Shown here one piece after another: positions 56,001 to 63,435 of a stretch of DNA of 64,000 nt. The translations under genes and the position numbers were made by a program. Below the pieces are notes generated by a model that worked only from the letters and a program-made list of their open reading frames with translations, did not search any database and had not been told where the DNA came from. Source of the DNA: an uncultured Prevotellaceae bacterium (GTDB lineage: Bacteria > Bacteroidota > Bacteroidia > Bacteroidales > Bacteroidaceae); the NCBI GenBank assembly GCA_902790625.1, contig CADASP010000011.1, positions 9,856-73,855 of the forward strand, in the 5' to 3' direction. Each line of letters starts with the position of its first letter. The stretch's first letter is position 1.

Positions 56001-58957
56001 CTGGTATTTATAAGTACTTGGCCATCCCGCTGACGAAGGAGATTCCAACCGGTGGTGAGGTCTGCTCACCCTTGGAGTTCGCTTTCGACGTGGATGCTGC
56101 CTACGGCGGTCCGCAGATTGAGCTGGGCTTCGACGATGTGGACTATCCCGACGGCTACATCCGCTCGGTGCGCGTCGGTCTGGAGCAGCTCAACAAAATG
56201 ATTACCAAACCTACAGGTGGCAGCAACTACATGCTCCACATCCCCGTCAGCAGCTACACCAACAAGGGCAATGGCTTCGGCAACAGAATCTATTTCCAGC
56301 ATACGGTGCTTTACCTCGCAAAGACTAACGACCCGTCCATCGCTACCGACGAATATGGCAATCCCACAAGCACCAATCCCATCAAGGTGGGCGAGATTAA
56401 GGTGCCTGAGCACATCGGCAGCGGGCGAGCCTACGTAGGTCCCGACCGCATGTTCCTGCCCATCGACTTCAGCACGTGTGATATCACCTTCCACGAGGGC
56501 TACTACTATGAGGTGGGCACGACCTTCGTCGACGAGGAGGACGACCAAGCTGCCGACCCCTGCACGGGCGACCTGTTCTTCATCATCAAGGTGGTGCCGG
56601 AGTTCGCCACCTGGCAGTCTACCGAAATCATGTCGCACGACACGGGTGTCGACACGCCTACGGGCTTCTACAACGCCAACTGGTATAACGACCAGAACTG
56701 GCAGCGCTCCGTGCGCGGCGACCTGTACAAGGATGCCGTCGACACGCGCAATCAGAACACCGCCACGCTGGGCCATCCCAACGGCTACAGCGACGACACC
56801 GAGATCGATGCCGCCATGACGGGCAACCCCGGCTTCGTGCCCATGAAGTTCACCTACGTCACCATCCTCGGCGGCAACCACGCCCCCAGCTTGATTAAGG
56901 AGCCGAAGGTGTCGACGTCGATATCACAACAGGGCGGTGGTCTGCTCGACCCGAACCTCACCCGTATGCTGACCGACCCCAGCCCTTACTCCAACCAGTT
57001 GTCGAGCGAGCCTACCGAGAATATCCGCTACGACATGTTGGTGCGCTATGGTGCACACAGCGAGGGCGGAGAGGGATGCTTTGGCCACCGCATGATGTCG
57101 ATGAACCAAGCTGGAAAGTATATCTGGGGCAATGACCCGCGCAGCGAAGAGCAGATGACGCAGTTCAACACCGACCGCAAGGCTTTCGACGTGGAGAAGT
57201 TCTATGGTAACATCTGTAAGGAAATCTATTTCAAGCCCGGTGCCGAGTTGCTGCGCCAGCAGCGACTCCGTTACAACCGTGCATGGGTGGAGAAGGAGGT
57301 CAATGCCAACAAGTGGTATCTCGTCAGCAGTCCGCTGAAGGACACCTACGCTGGCGACATGTATGTGCCCGTGACGATGAGCGACCTCTCGATGGATACA
57401 CCCACCGACAAGGCTGGACGACAGATGACAGAGGCCTTCCAGCCCATCAGCTTCAACACGGCAGCTGTCAATGCCGATGCCGACCACACCGTTACCTCAC
57501 AGCCGGCCTACAGCCGCACGAAGTACCCCATCTACCAGCGGTCGTGGAACAATGACGGAGCAAAGGTCTACACCAAGACTACCGATGCCCGCCAGACGGA
57601 CTACAGCGCCAACCTGGTGTACGATAAGGTGACCACCGTGGACATGGAGTGGAGCCATACCTACAACGACGTGCAGGTGCCCTACACCACGCTGAACGGC
57701 TTCAGCATCCGCGCTGACAGGAAGCAGCATGTGAAGACCGATGGTAGCAACTCGGTCGACGTGCCAGCACTCATCCGTCTGCCCAAGGCTGATACGCAGT
57801 ATGACTACTACCAGTGGGACAATACGTCGCCTGCCGATGGTAAGCTGACACATAGCGTTGTCAGGACCACCACGCCCCGGACGAGCTATCCGCTGCCTTC
57901 GCGCTATCCTGCCGGCATCACCGACAACTACCGCTTCGTCGTTGACGACCCAGAGGCCGATGGTATTCTCACCGTCGACATCAGCGACCTGCAGCAGCAG
58001 GACGGCTATATCCTCGTGGGCAACCCCTACATGGCTTCGCTCCGCATGGACGAGTTCTTCAAGGGCCAGCCTGGACTTGTTCCCAGTTATTGGACATTCA
58101 ATGGCAGCGTGGCGTCGGCAGCACTCGCCACGCCGACAGTCATCACTGCCACGGGCGATGACAATGCCGACGGCATCATCCGTCCGCTGCAGGCGTTCTT
58201 CGTGAAGAAGAAGACCGCCAGCGAGCTGGACGAGGGCGAGGACGAGGCCACGGCCATCGTTTTCACCCGAGCAATGACCATCGATGGCAACTATCCCGCC
58301 ATACCTGAAACGTCGCCGTCGCGTCAGCTCACCCTGAGCGTCGCCGACACGGAGGGCGCAAGCAGTGCCGTGGTGCTGCTCAGCGACGAGGCTGACGGCG
58401 ACTACCGCGAAGGTGAGGACGTAGAGACGCTCTTCGACTCGAACCTCGCCGACGTGCCTATGGTCTACACCGTGGCCGACGGCGGACAGGCCGTCAGCAT
58501 CGACCAGCGGCCGCAGCTCGACATCGTGTCCTTCGGTGTTGTGCAGGCAAAGAACGAGCCTGTCGAGGTAAAGGTGACCTCTCACCTCTCGTCTCTCGCC
58601 TCTCACCTCTACTTCGTCGACGCCCTCACTGGCGAGCAGACCGAGGTAGGGCAGGAGAGCACCATCCGTGTGCAGCCCAACGACTATGGCCGCTATTTCC
58701 TCACTACCACTGGTCTGGGCATCGACGCGCTCCCGTCGCAGGAGGCGATCGTCATCAGCGTGCGTCAGCACCAGGTGACGGTGACGGCCACTTCGAACCT
58801 CACTGCCGTCAGCGCTGTCACCCTTGGCGGTGCCAACGTCTTCCGTCAGTCTGACACGGGCAACACCTGCACCTTCCAGTTGTCGCCGGGCATCTATGTC
58901 ATCGATGCCAGCACTGCTGGCGGCATCAACCGCCGCATGAAGGTTGTCGTCAACTGA
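47081..58957 (+). CDS. Giant (3958 aa) secreted repeat protein with T9SS-type C-terminal domain; putative adhesin
   Basis: Long signal peptide (ATA|Q); seven KYAR.YL..YGYY..EPD modules; C-terminal GNPYMASL, PLQAFFV, ED..TLFDSNL..P.VYT and CTD ...GIYVI...RRMKVVVN. Confidence 0.88.
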   Translation: MKQIFKINNNNKVQHTAAAAPLAGRQKHKHYRTTTATTGLACRALLVLALLMGWGSRATAQGEWELWTGNTHNNRNSIAFDDFPSSLDDYNVFRIYTSDNGVGTISTGWSNSVLKSGATSIPQGKYYVQELNCYQIPLSEFDDLLNKVKNQSGLIIATGWEQYLTKVSLAKSIIVDFEFDGTPTNTDITQTLDSRTDVTSVTLDWTGAKTTPAITSTGYKYARFYVVDQSGTPLSPTDNAHKLTVNGGTACVKATSGYYVYSGGSDITLPIVTLSCTGGDVRDYSVVCWLATTTDNINATGNDVAEEPDIDVSYTYSFVKPALTETVYKTGDIAWGTTMQADASEGAPTDWDVTWAELSREQRVVWYVTDGTTKQTLALGTAAQANTWVLNLPTDKFTVSSNEAVLTGQTTFTATEWDTWGKPALIAPSGMAYADVHTYKVVCEVYETAAGTVPNVRYTFSFTKDFLGELKSGVTATTVPVVLADANATSHELTDITLPTGAKYARFYLTDVTGTPVDPTGKLSVSGTVSTVSGHAEYGYYIYNESGIASTPTVTLTLSDATLNQYRVVMVASADNAVTDGGAVVNEPDYDAQTTWTFKYPVSHTEATGEVEWSPVAMTVPLDIDTHKGSGYLSTLTDYHVVWTVEDGGTAQSLTTGTARQASTWTYSVDGNNATFYAPTGQTFANMSNVTFVARLYETATGENDADKSLTYTVSITRTEFLGTLKGTGNTDSETVTLEDGSAATVDVPLSHATLSGAKYARVWLTQGGTMVSPVGKLSVPTGMKAFGTNHDATYGYYLYDENGITLTDVTLAAPGSYTDYQVHVALSVDAPISYADFARTDSPRRAPADAYEPDYDYEYTISFQDNSMKVIKIYVQASDSEGQVDYPANLQSTVVDYFTEQSWTLNAENCFAKWDVIKDGNLVPFTAWNASVQFTDNNNFAHNVDDNKKYIYSAGSNSWEQSTLAQTLNQNLRFPVGKYQLGSVVELWVTNENSHTAADPADGYKVKVEVHFNEDGLAPFDLINETDIAADKVVVPVTAFKSADRVLDLTDALAANAKYVRVYLTKQGGYDEASENLQITYDGSSSDVVQCERTKYGYYLSLAEGIDVSKLRVRVNLTPDEMLKYNVVMVSADSQLTGAQEPTWQKKRVYTFQKEISRQVMADMANNEQTSIPAFNLQSDILTRLDAQVSDFSKTLYGRWYVIDKNGVKQPVTGGNGSNSPSWSFDIRWSGLGSWQNVDNVLRFYTGMEYDNNGTTFTVTPAYIEGADGWAAQVAEVGGIHVPQSSSLNNYVNWSVVFEFCDEYDPSSGTDPDYKLRYVVTISDPTAFEGTGPAGDEHVQEVNRNASSVNVALAPSLAHPTLSGDVKYARYYLTDAQGNAIDPTGLLTVSYDGGTVTTCNVPEHGFYIYPGDDQPIDKTKITVTLTAPKAYRSYQVVGLYSTELLSMIPDDYTTPLSREPNWEQKCTYTFRYPTPTTKEIEITIPWSKTGMKLDASTTDVEDDWGISFKDLAAGQNVRWFVERRGPDNQIQRQQLIAGTGRNTDTWTIKVASAYAVNETTDEAVLTGRTDFTDANWNQMWSTPTFYPPTNFQPRGPEFDQCRLICEVATSDTPNVPYVRYIYTMEKFLGDLKDEGTEGSETILIPRETTTYDVPLDNIYEALNIPANQKIVYARVWLTKSDGTPVAPNGLSWTQMYNGNNQAQVLPGNREVYGWYFCSADIGEHHVGMTHGQLAGSPNSCTLSLPVGTYSQYQVHVALSTDNPSGMRWSNEHSRWEYANGNVGPGQQNSLPGQPAEPDFNYEYTIKFDYGFEAKNINAVKTKYKTAIYDETTRQFKPHLFQNWLEVSADCDVTKEGLANNGYARWYLEDLDGNRIQIEELISNEPYTSLNNTYGYYRYKFDVSHFGDPRGLSDTGYDPTITLPAGYNYDEVRLVCVVTTNTEPQAEPNQHLPKDIPAQEPQQLQVKYIYNLEPRSDYVDLPFVHYQGEAYKYLMQMGKTDEAANRDYITVEGTAGATEQSWDFEHSVISEETFGNIRQNVHTVDYYVYFDPADAQNKTLMLPSQYYFGGGNDTEPRAYYRWYDWQTDMKSDYLSIHGSELHLYPNRPELTEEDVSNPSRGFFGMLLNGKNSMNPCDGNIGVRFNAPDGWGADSEEILVACDVSRYLDGMDDSFTYLVHEPTLSVRYIYHILPAQQIANNIADAAVDHTSGSATGLQAVEANLKAGIDTELYEYNGRTVVSLNGTTGAFTMRSDLQQLSSYWIWSDDSKTTLVNCTQLQWYAYYLDDDGKLWKHTVPMNGRETSRLGRFTLADLGGTYTAVDGGGTQEKAIQPGDRLYMIACMGNGVAEAPVVWDEFNFIDAKPLLIGTERTVPERTDQYMHNEHTLAQVLDFNNFFDEDERFNKPTASNENYATVPIIWPDAQYGFCYPQLYGLCGSNKYADWGVYGISPTHGDYTLLKSMNMPGVSEDANFENQSIGSQWWWGEQLYDVTHTRAANGNVVTDANDYGTFLYVDASDEARVIAELEFDAALCADAEIYYTAYVADMTDNVTRPQVRFRVSTDVDGKRVPVVTFETGDIISEGASTGFWHQVYGHTTLPARLHHILNGTTRHYYVSVENSCEDTNGADYCVDQISFYTHQASVKARIVSDICDDGPVRVKIVAEAEQLLKSLKALTTAATKDVFFCIVERSADLNHELHAEDVLTGLGYYTDQNNQPSNEYSVVSVPLNEDLLTNATDLHDGTKANTGFYYDATDDKVYFQLDEREFHLEPGKKYFVSIYDIAENRVGSLTGWGTPYSGNACTIYSNDVSPNRMYIDLSIDGQSTDGHIEFGCNATTVTKKYDIAINYPTGDGYDKYTFFNYDFFELADGKTKADFLGINVTVGEKVISLADALQTFRDWMRNDMIERSIPESERDYAVPGTVYDELPKPADDDTEHMAMYNLIKKYMGGGEDCPEGKLYLSATSSIERTFTKAGIYKYLAIPLTKEIPTGGEVCSPLEFAFDVDAAYGGPQIELGFDDVDYPDGYIRSVRVGLEQLNKMITKPTGGSNYMLHIPVSSYTNKGNGFGNRIYFQHTVLYLAKTNDPSIATDEYGNPTSTNPIKVGEIKVPEHIGSGRAYVGPDRMFLPIDFSTCDITFHEGYYYEVGTTFVDEEDDQAADPCTGDLFFIIKVVPEFATWQSTEIMSHDTGVDTPTGFYNANWYNDQNWQRSVRGDLYKDAVDTRNQNTATLGHPNGYSDDTEIDAAMTGNPGFVPMKFTYVTILGGNHAPSLIKEPKVSTSISQQGGGLLDPNLTRMLTDPSPYSNQLSSEPTENIRYDMLVRYGAHSEGGEGCFGHRMMSMNQAGKYIWGNDPRSEEQMTQFNTDRKAFDVEKFYGNICKEIYFKPGAELLRQQRLRYNRAWVEKEVNANKWYLVSSPLKDTYAGDMYVPVTMSDLSMDTPTDKAGRQMTEAFQPISFNTAAVNADADHTVTSQPAYSRTKYPIYQRSWNNDGAKVYTKTTDARQTDYSANLVYDKVTTVDMEWSHTYNDVQVPYTTLNGFSIRADRKQHVKTDGSNSVDVPALIRLPKADTQYDYYQWDNTSPADGKLTHSVVRTTTPRTSYPLPSRYPAGITDNYRFVVDDPEADGILTVDISDLQQQDGYILVGNPYMASLRMDEFFKGQPGLVPSYWTFNGSVASAALATPTVITATGDDNADGIIRPLQAFFVKKKTASELDEGEDEATAIVFTRAMTIDGNYPAIPETSPSRQLTLSVADTEGASSAVVLLSDEADGDYREGEDVETLFDSNLADVPMVYTVADGGQAVSIDQRPQLDIVSFGVVQAKNEPVEVKVTSHLSSLASHLYFVDALTGEQTEVGQESTIRVQPNDYGRYFLTTTGLGIDALPSQEAIVISVRQHQVTVTATSNLTAVSAVTLGGANVFRQSDTGNTCTFQLSPGIYVIDASTAGGINRRMKVVVN

Positions 58958-58982
58958 ACACCCATCATCATCTGAACTGAAC

Positions 58983-59018
58983 AACCGCGAATCATCACGA
59001 CGTGAATGATTCGCGGTT
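58983..59018 (+). terminator. Terminator after the giant gene
   Basis: aaccgcgaatcatcac-gac-gtg(a)atgattcgcggtt followed by T-rich sequence. Confidence 0.8.
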
Positions 59019-59080
59019 CGTTCTTTTATGTTTATGGTCACACACTGATGGCTGGATGACATTGATTCCCCCATGAAGAC

Positions 59081-59276
59081 TACGTACAATTCACGACTCA
59101 TTCACGAGTCATTTACGTACATTCGCGTTACGCCGAAGGCACAAAGTTTGTCTGCGACGCTACGCGAATTTCCGTGAATGTCCCGTGAATGTTCCGTGAA
59201 TGTCCCGTGAATGCTGCGCAATGCTCTAATTCACGATTCATTCACAATTTTACGTACATTTGCGTTACGCCGTAGG
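59081..59276. repeat. Composite repeat: two attcac-rich ...cattYgcgttacgcc modules around (ccgtgaatgtY) x4
   Basis: Modules at 59081-59139 and 59227-59276; 11-bp tandem at 59172-59215. Confidence 0.8.
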
Positions 59277-59476
59277 AAAGGAAAACTCCACCCAAAATTT
59301 GAAATAGCCGTGGCAAAAGTTCATTCCACGACGTGGAACGAGAATTTCACGATGAGAAACTAACTTTTTCATGATTATCCGCATGTACCCGTTTGACGGT
59401 CTGCGCTCGTCCTCTGATAGCTCTTGCTACTTAAGGATAACCATTTTCTATATCCATCGTCATTTAGAAATTTCGG

Positions 59477-59540
59477 TTGGCAGCGGCCGCTGCCATCATT
59501 GGCGGCGTTCGCTGCCATCATTGGCAGCGGCCGCTGCCAA
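59477..59540. repeat. 22-bp tandem x3 of a GC palindrome
   Basis: ttggcagcggccgctgccatca / ttggcggcgttcgctgccatca / ttggcagcggccgctgccaa (third copy is a perfect 20-bp palindrome). Confidence 0.85.
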
Positions 59541-59897
59541 TCATGTCCCCGCCCGCTGCCAACCTAGCCCCTTTTCCCTCTGCGGTGCCTCCCGCTTCCT
59601 GTTTGTCGTGCGCCGAATCTCCTGGATGCACCCCATTTCGCTCGTCATCAACAATGCTCATCTGCGTGTCATCTGTCACTATTCGCGTTTCATTTGCGGC
59701 TTTCCTGTTCAGCTTGTCGTATCAGTGCCACAACAGACAGGTCGTGCGTGGAAGGCGCAACGCAAATGTCCCAACGTTAGCATTTTCGTGTTCTGCAGCA
59801 ATCACAAAGATTTTGACGAAAGGTTAAATATTGCTAAATAAATTTCATTTAAGAGAAATATTTTGGCCGTTAAGGGCGCAAGATGGGAAAAAAGTAG

Positions 59898-59905
59898 TAA
59901 CTTTG
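59898..59905 (+). promoter_or_regulatory. -7 element of pilin cassette 2
   Basis: TAACTTTG; no consensus -33 at 19-21 bp. Confidence 0.65.
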
Positions 59906-60063
59906 CAGCCGACTACTATTAATCATGACAAATGGAGCTTATCGAGAGGGGCTATAGTTTCTCTTGGTGTGAGTGATTTGGTTGTTGTGCCATACTGACG
60001 ATACCCCAAGGTGTTGGGAACTGTTTGAATAGGTTTAATAATGGATATAACAACGTACAAGAT

Positions 60064-61596
60064 ATGAGGCGACTATGCTTACTCCTGCTGTTACTCCCCG
60101 CGCTTGCTTCGTGCCAGTGGATGACAGAAGATTATGAAGACGAGAGATATTATGTCGATTCGTCTGCCAATCAATATATTAACTTAACAATCAGTGTTGG
60201 CAGCGGACATCAGGTGACAACTCGTGCCCTTCCCGCTGGTGGTGAAAATGGCGACGGGCGTGAGGCTGGATTCGAACGTGAGAATGCCATTAGGGGCATT
60301 ACCTTTATCCTTGCTGATGGTCCTTTAGGCTCGTCAACGGCTAAGGTGCAATACGTCAGGTATTTCCCCGTGTTTCGTGGTACTGCCCTTGATCCTGGCG
60401 CAACTACCAGCCATTCTCACACCGATGGCGGCGGAGAGGAGGTGATTTACACTACCGGCGACTGTTTGGTCGACGACTTTGACCTGCGTGAGAATAAGGA
60501 TTATCACGTCATCGTGTTGGCAAATTGCTATATGGCGGCCAGCGTGGGCGACAATCTGAGCGACATACAAGACCGAACTCTCTCTCTCTCTGCTTTGTGT
60601 CAGCGTACGGGTACGAGCTATGTCCCCGACAACTACAACACATTTGCAATGGCATCCGAGCAGGATGTGGTCATCAATTTCGGAGGCGGCACAGGTGTCA
60701 CCCAGACTTCTACTCCTAATTCTGTCACCTACACTGTCAACCGTGCCATCATCATCGAGCGCCTCGCCGCTCGCATCGACTACTGCTCCAACTACGCTGG
60801 CGGCTCAAAGACTGCTCCTTATGGTACCTATAACGTCACAGTCAACAACGAGTCGACGACTGTGAAGGGATACAAATACGAGGTTGATGATTATACCTAT
60901 TTCGTCTTGGAGAGCATCATCCCCTTCAACCTCTTCAACGAGCAGGAGTTTTTCTTCAAACGTGTAAGGGCTGACTGGGATACTTCAACTCCAAATTATT
61001 ATTTGGCTGAAGAGACTGCCTCTAATTTCGTCGCCGACCCAAAGACCAACCTAAAGACAGCGACGGCGATGAATTATATCAACCCCATCAGCGTCGCAGA
61101 CGAACCAGCTTGGACGGCTACTACTCCCTACTATCGCTCGTGCGAGAGTATGAATGCACAAGCCACAACCAGCAAACTCTCTATCAACTCCCACCTGACA
61201 GGCGATGGCGACAAAAGCAATGTGTTTGTGTTGGCTTATGCCATGGAGAACACCCTCAAGCCTGCCTCGCCCCTGAAGGCCTATGCCACTGGTTTGGTGC
61301 TCATAGGCAGCTACTATGATGCCAACACCAACAGCTTCCTCGCCCGCAAGACGCATTATGGCTTCCTGCGACATCAGGGAGAGACACGTGACGGCTCGGG
61401 GCCTTATCCTACCTATGAGTGGAGCGATCTCACCAGTGAGTTGACGGGTGCCTCATCCGTTCCCATGAACTTCAGCATCGTGCGCAACAACATCTACCGT
61501 GTCAGTATCGACCATGTGTCGGCCATCGGTCGACTGCGGCTGCGCATGGCCGTACACGACTGGCGAAATGTGTGGAATCCAGAAATATTCATTTAA
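60064..61596 (+). CDS. Minor type V pilin A' (cassette 2; paralog of 41843-43438)
   Basis: Lipobox LASC-QWMTED; VTTR|A; GGENGDGREAGFEREN, FAMASE, IERLAARIDY, AYAMENT, FSIVRNNIYRV. Start at ATG 60064. Confidence 0.85.
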   Translation: MRRLCLLLLLLPALASCQWMTEDYEDERYYVDSSANQYINLTISVGSGHQVTTRALPAGGENGDGREAGFERENAIRGITFILADGPLGSSTAKVQYVRYFPVFRGTALDPGATTSHSHTDGGGEEVIYTTGDCLVDDFDLRENKDYHVIVLANCYMAASVGDNLSDIQDRTLSLSALCQRTGTSYVPDNYNTFAMASEQDVVINFGGGTGVTQTSTPNSVTYTVNRAIIIERLAARIDYCSNYAGGSKTAPYGTYNVTVNNESTTVKGYKYEVDDYTYFVLESIIPFNLFNEQEFFFKRVRADWDTSTPNYYLAEETASNFVADPKTNLKTATAMNYINPISVADEPAWTATTPYYRSCESMNAQATTSKLSINSHLTGDGDKSNVFVLAYAMENTLKPASPLKAYATGLVLIGSYYDANTNSFLARKTHYGFLRHQGETRDGSGPYPTYEWSDLTSELTGASSVPMNFSIVRNNIYRVSIDHVSAIGRLRLRMAVHDWRNVWNPEIFI

Positions 61597-61607
61597 TTAG
61601 TATCGAA

Positions 61608-63134
61608 ATGAGACGACTGCGCTATACATCTCTGGTTGGAATGTTTTTTGTGGCCCTTCTGTTAGTGGGCTGCTCAGAAGAGGAACAACAGCAAGAACAG
61701 CTGCCCGATGGCTATGGACGGCTCGCCATTACCATCAGCACCCCTGAGGCGGTGCAGACGCGTGCTGTCCACACTACTAACCCATGGCTTGAAGGGACGA
61801 AAGACGAACGTAGCATCAAAAGCTACCATCTACTGATATGCACCGGCACCACCATTAGACAGGTTATCAGCGGCACCACGCTGGCACTCGAAGCCCACGA
61901 AGGAGCGCCTAAGAACTATTTCCCAACAGTTACGCTGATGAGCGACATTATTGGCAACGGCACATACAATCTCACCTTCTACTGTCTGGCCAACTTCACC
62001 ACCGACATGCTGGCGCAAGCAGGTCTGACACTCTCCAACGGCAGCATAACCAATACCACGCTGCCTGAGAATTTTGAGAATAAGGTGATGCGCCCCATCG
62101 TCAACTGCATCGACGTTGTGCCCACGACGGGGCTGCCCATGACAGGCAAGCTGGTAAAGGAAAACCTTGTAGTCGATGGTACTACCATTATTGACGATCC
62201 CCTCATCTTGTGGCGTATGATGGCCAAGCTCGAGTTCCTGTTCACCAACAAGTCGCATAGCCCTGTGCAGGTGAAGGGCATCGAGGTGGAACCCATCAAC
62301 CTTGTCTCTGAAGGCAAGGGCATCTACCTCATCAGTAAGGACGATTTGACATTGACCGACAATGCGAATCCCAATGTTTCCACCGTCAGCTTGCCCACCA
62401 GTGCTGTCAGCGACCATGGCACGGTGAGGTATCAGCCCGATGTCGCCCCCTTGACACTTGACGCAGCTGAGGGCGCCACCACACCCGCGGGCACCATTTC
62501 CTTCTACGTCAACGAGAGCTATGGCACTTTCACCACCTACGACAACCAATATTCCCTGCGCTTTAAGATTGCTCGTAAGAAGCCCAATAGCAACGATTGG
62601 TACGACACCGAGCTGCGCTATGGCTTCACCACTCCACATAATGGTACAGTAGGTGGCTTCAACGTCATCCGTCGCAACGATTGGATACATATCCCCGTCA
62701 CGCTCACCGACTGGCAGCTACGCCTCGAGGCCATGCCCTTCGTGCCCATTGCCGGCTACCCAGTAGTCCTCTATGGCAACGATGGATTGACGGCGACTTT
62801 CCTCACCGGTGGTTTTATCATCCTGCAGCCCTTCGTCAAGAAAAACGAAGATGCCACATGGCGCGACTTCAGCGACCCCGAGGTGGAGTTCGTGTCTATC
62901 AGTTGGAAAAACAGTGACGGCACCAACGTAGCGGAGGCAGACAAGATACTGACGAAGCCTTTCGAATACGATGCCGCCACTCAGTGCATCATCGGCGAAT
63001 TGAACAACAACCTTGATTCAAACTATGCCTCGGGCGACCATAAGACCACCCTTACTATTACGGTGAAGCTGGGCCCCGACGGCGAACAGTACACCTACAC
63101 CTTCTCCTGCAACATCATCCTGAGGAAGAGTTAA
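61608..63134 (+). CDS. Minor type V pilin B' (cassette 2; paralog of 43484-45448)
   Basis: Lipobox LVGC; VQTR|A; GLPMTG, WRMMAKLEF.F.N, FYVNES, IRRNDWIHIPV. Start at ATG 61608. Confidence 0.85.
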   Translation: MRRLRYTSLVGMFFVALLLVGCSEEEQQQEQLPDGYGRLAITISTPEAVQTRAVHTTNPWLEGTKDERSIKSYHLLICTGTTIRQVISGTTLALEAHEGAPKNYFPTVTLMSDIIGNGTYNLTFYCLANFTTDMLAQAGLTLSNGSITNTTLPENFENKVMRPIVNCIDVVPTTGLPMTGKLVKENLVVDGTTIIDDPLILWRMMAKLEFLFTNKSHSPVQVKGIEVEPINLVSEGKGIYLISKDDLTLTDNANPNVSTVSLPTSAVSDHGTVRYQPDVAPLTLDAAEGATTPAGTISFYVNESYGTFTTYDNQYSLRFKIARKKPNSNDWYDTELRYGFTTPHNGTVGGFNVIRRNDWIHIPVTLTDWQLRLEAMPFVPIAGYPVVLYGNDGLTATFLTGGFIILQPFVKKNEDATWRDFSDPEVEFVSISWKNSDGTNVAEADKILTKPFEYDAATQCIIGELNNNLDSNYASGDHKTTLTITVKLGPDGEQYTYTFSCNIILRKS

Positions 63135-63160
63135 TCGTTGGACATTGCAAATACAGTAGG

Positions 63161-63421
63161 ATGGGTTATTACATCAATATAGGTAACTCGGCATTCCAGA
63201 GCGTGCGGAACGGCGAATATGTTGACAAGTCAGGCTTGATCACCGTTGTCAACAATACGCTTTTTTCGGAGCGCCGTTTCAGCTGTGTCATCGACCAGAC
63301 ACACCGCAAGGACTATCCCGCCAAGTTGCGCGATGATGCCGACCGCCTACTGCTCGTGGGCATCAGCTACGACCGCGACACCAAGCAGCACAGCTGCCGC
63401 ATTGAAGAATTGACAAAATAA
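63161..63421 (+). pseudogene. Internally deleted AAA-ATPase / PD-(D/E)XK nuclease gene (only N- and C-terminal stubs, in frame)
   Basis: N-stub MGYYINIGN..F.S.RNGEYVDKSGLI..VN.TL..ERRFSCV stops just before the family's Walker A; joined at about 63289/63290 to the C-stub ..KDYP.....LLLVGISYDRDTKQH.C.IE. Confidence 0.8.
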
Positions 63422-63435
63422 AAACGATATAAGCT

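Noticed and set aside
3891-59101. Many long antisense or alternate-frame ORFs (e.g. 3891-5567, 6171-8279, 10346-12538, 29077-30519, 47948-49756, 57497-59101)
   Set aside because: They overlap well-supported genes with strong GC3 bias, which suppresses stops on the opposite strand; the translations have no recognisable motifs.
59371-59841. ORFs 59371-59841 and 59477-59827
   Set aside because: Built partly from the palindromic tandem repeat, atypical codon usage, no motifs.
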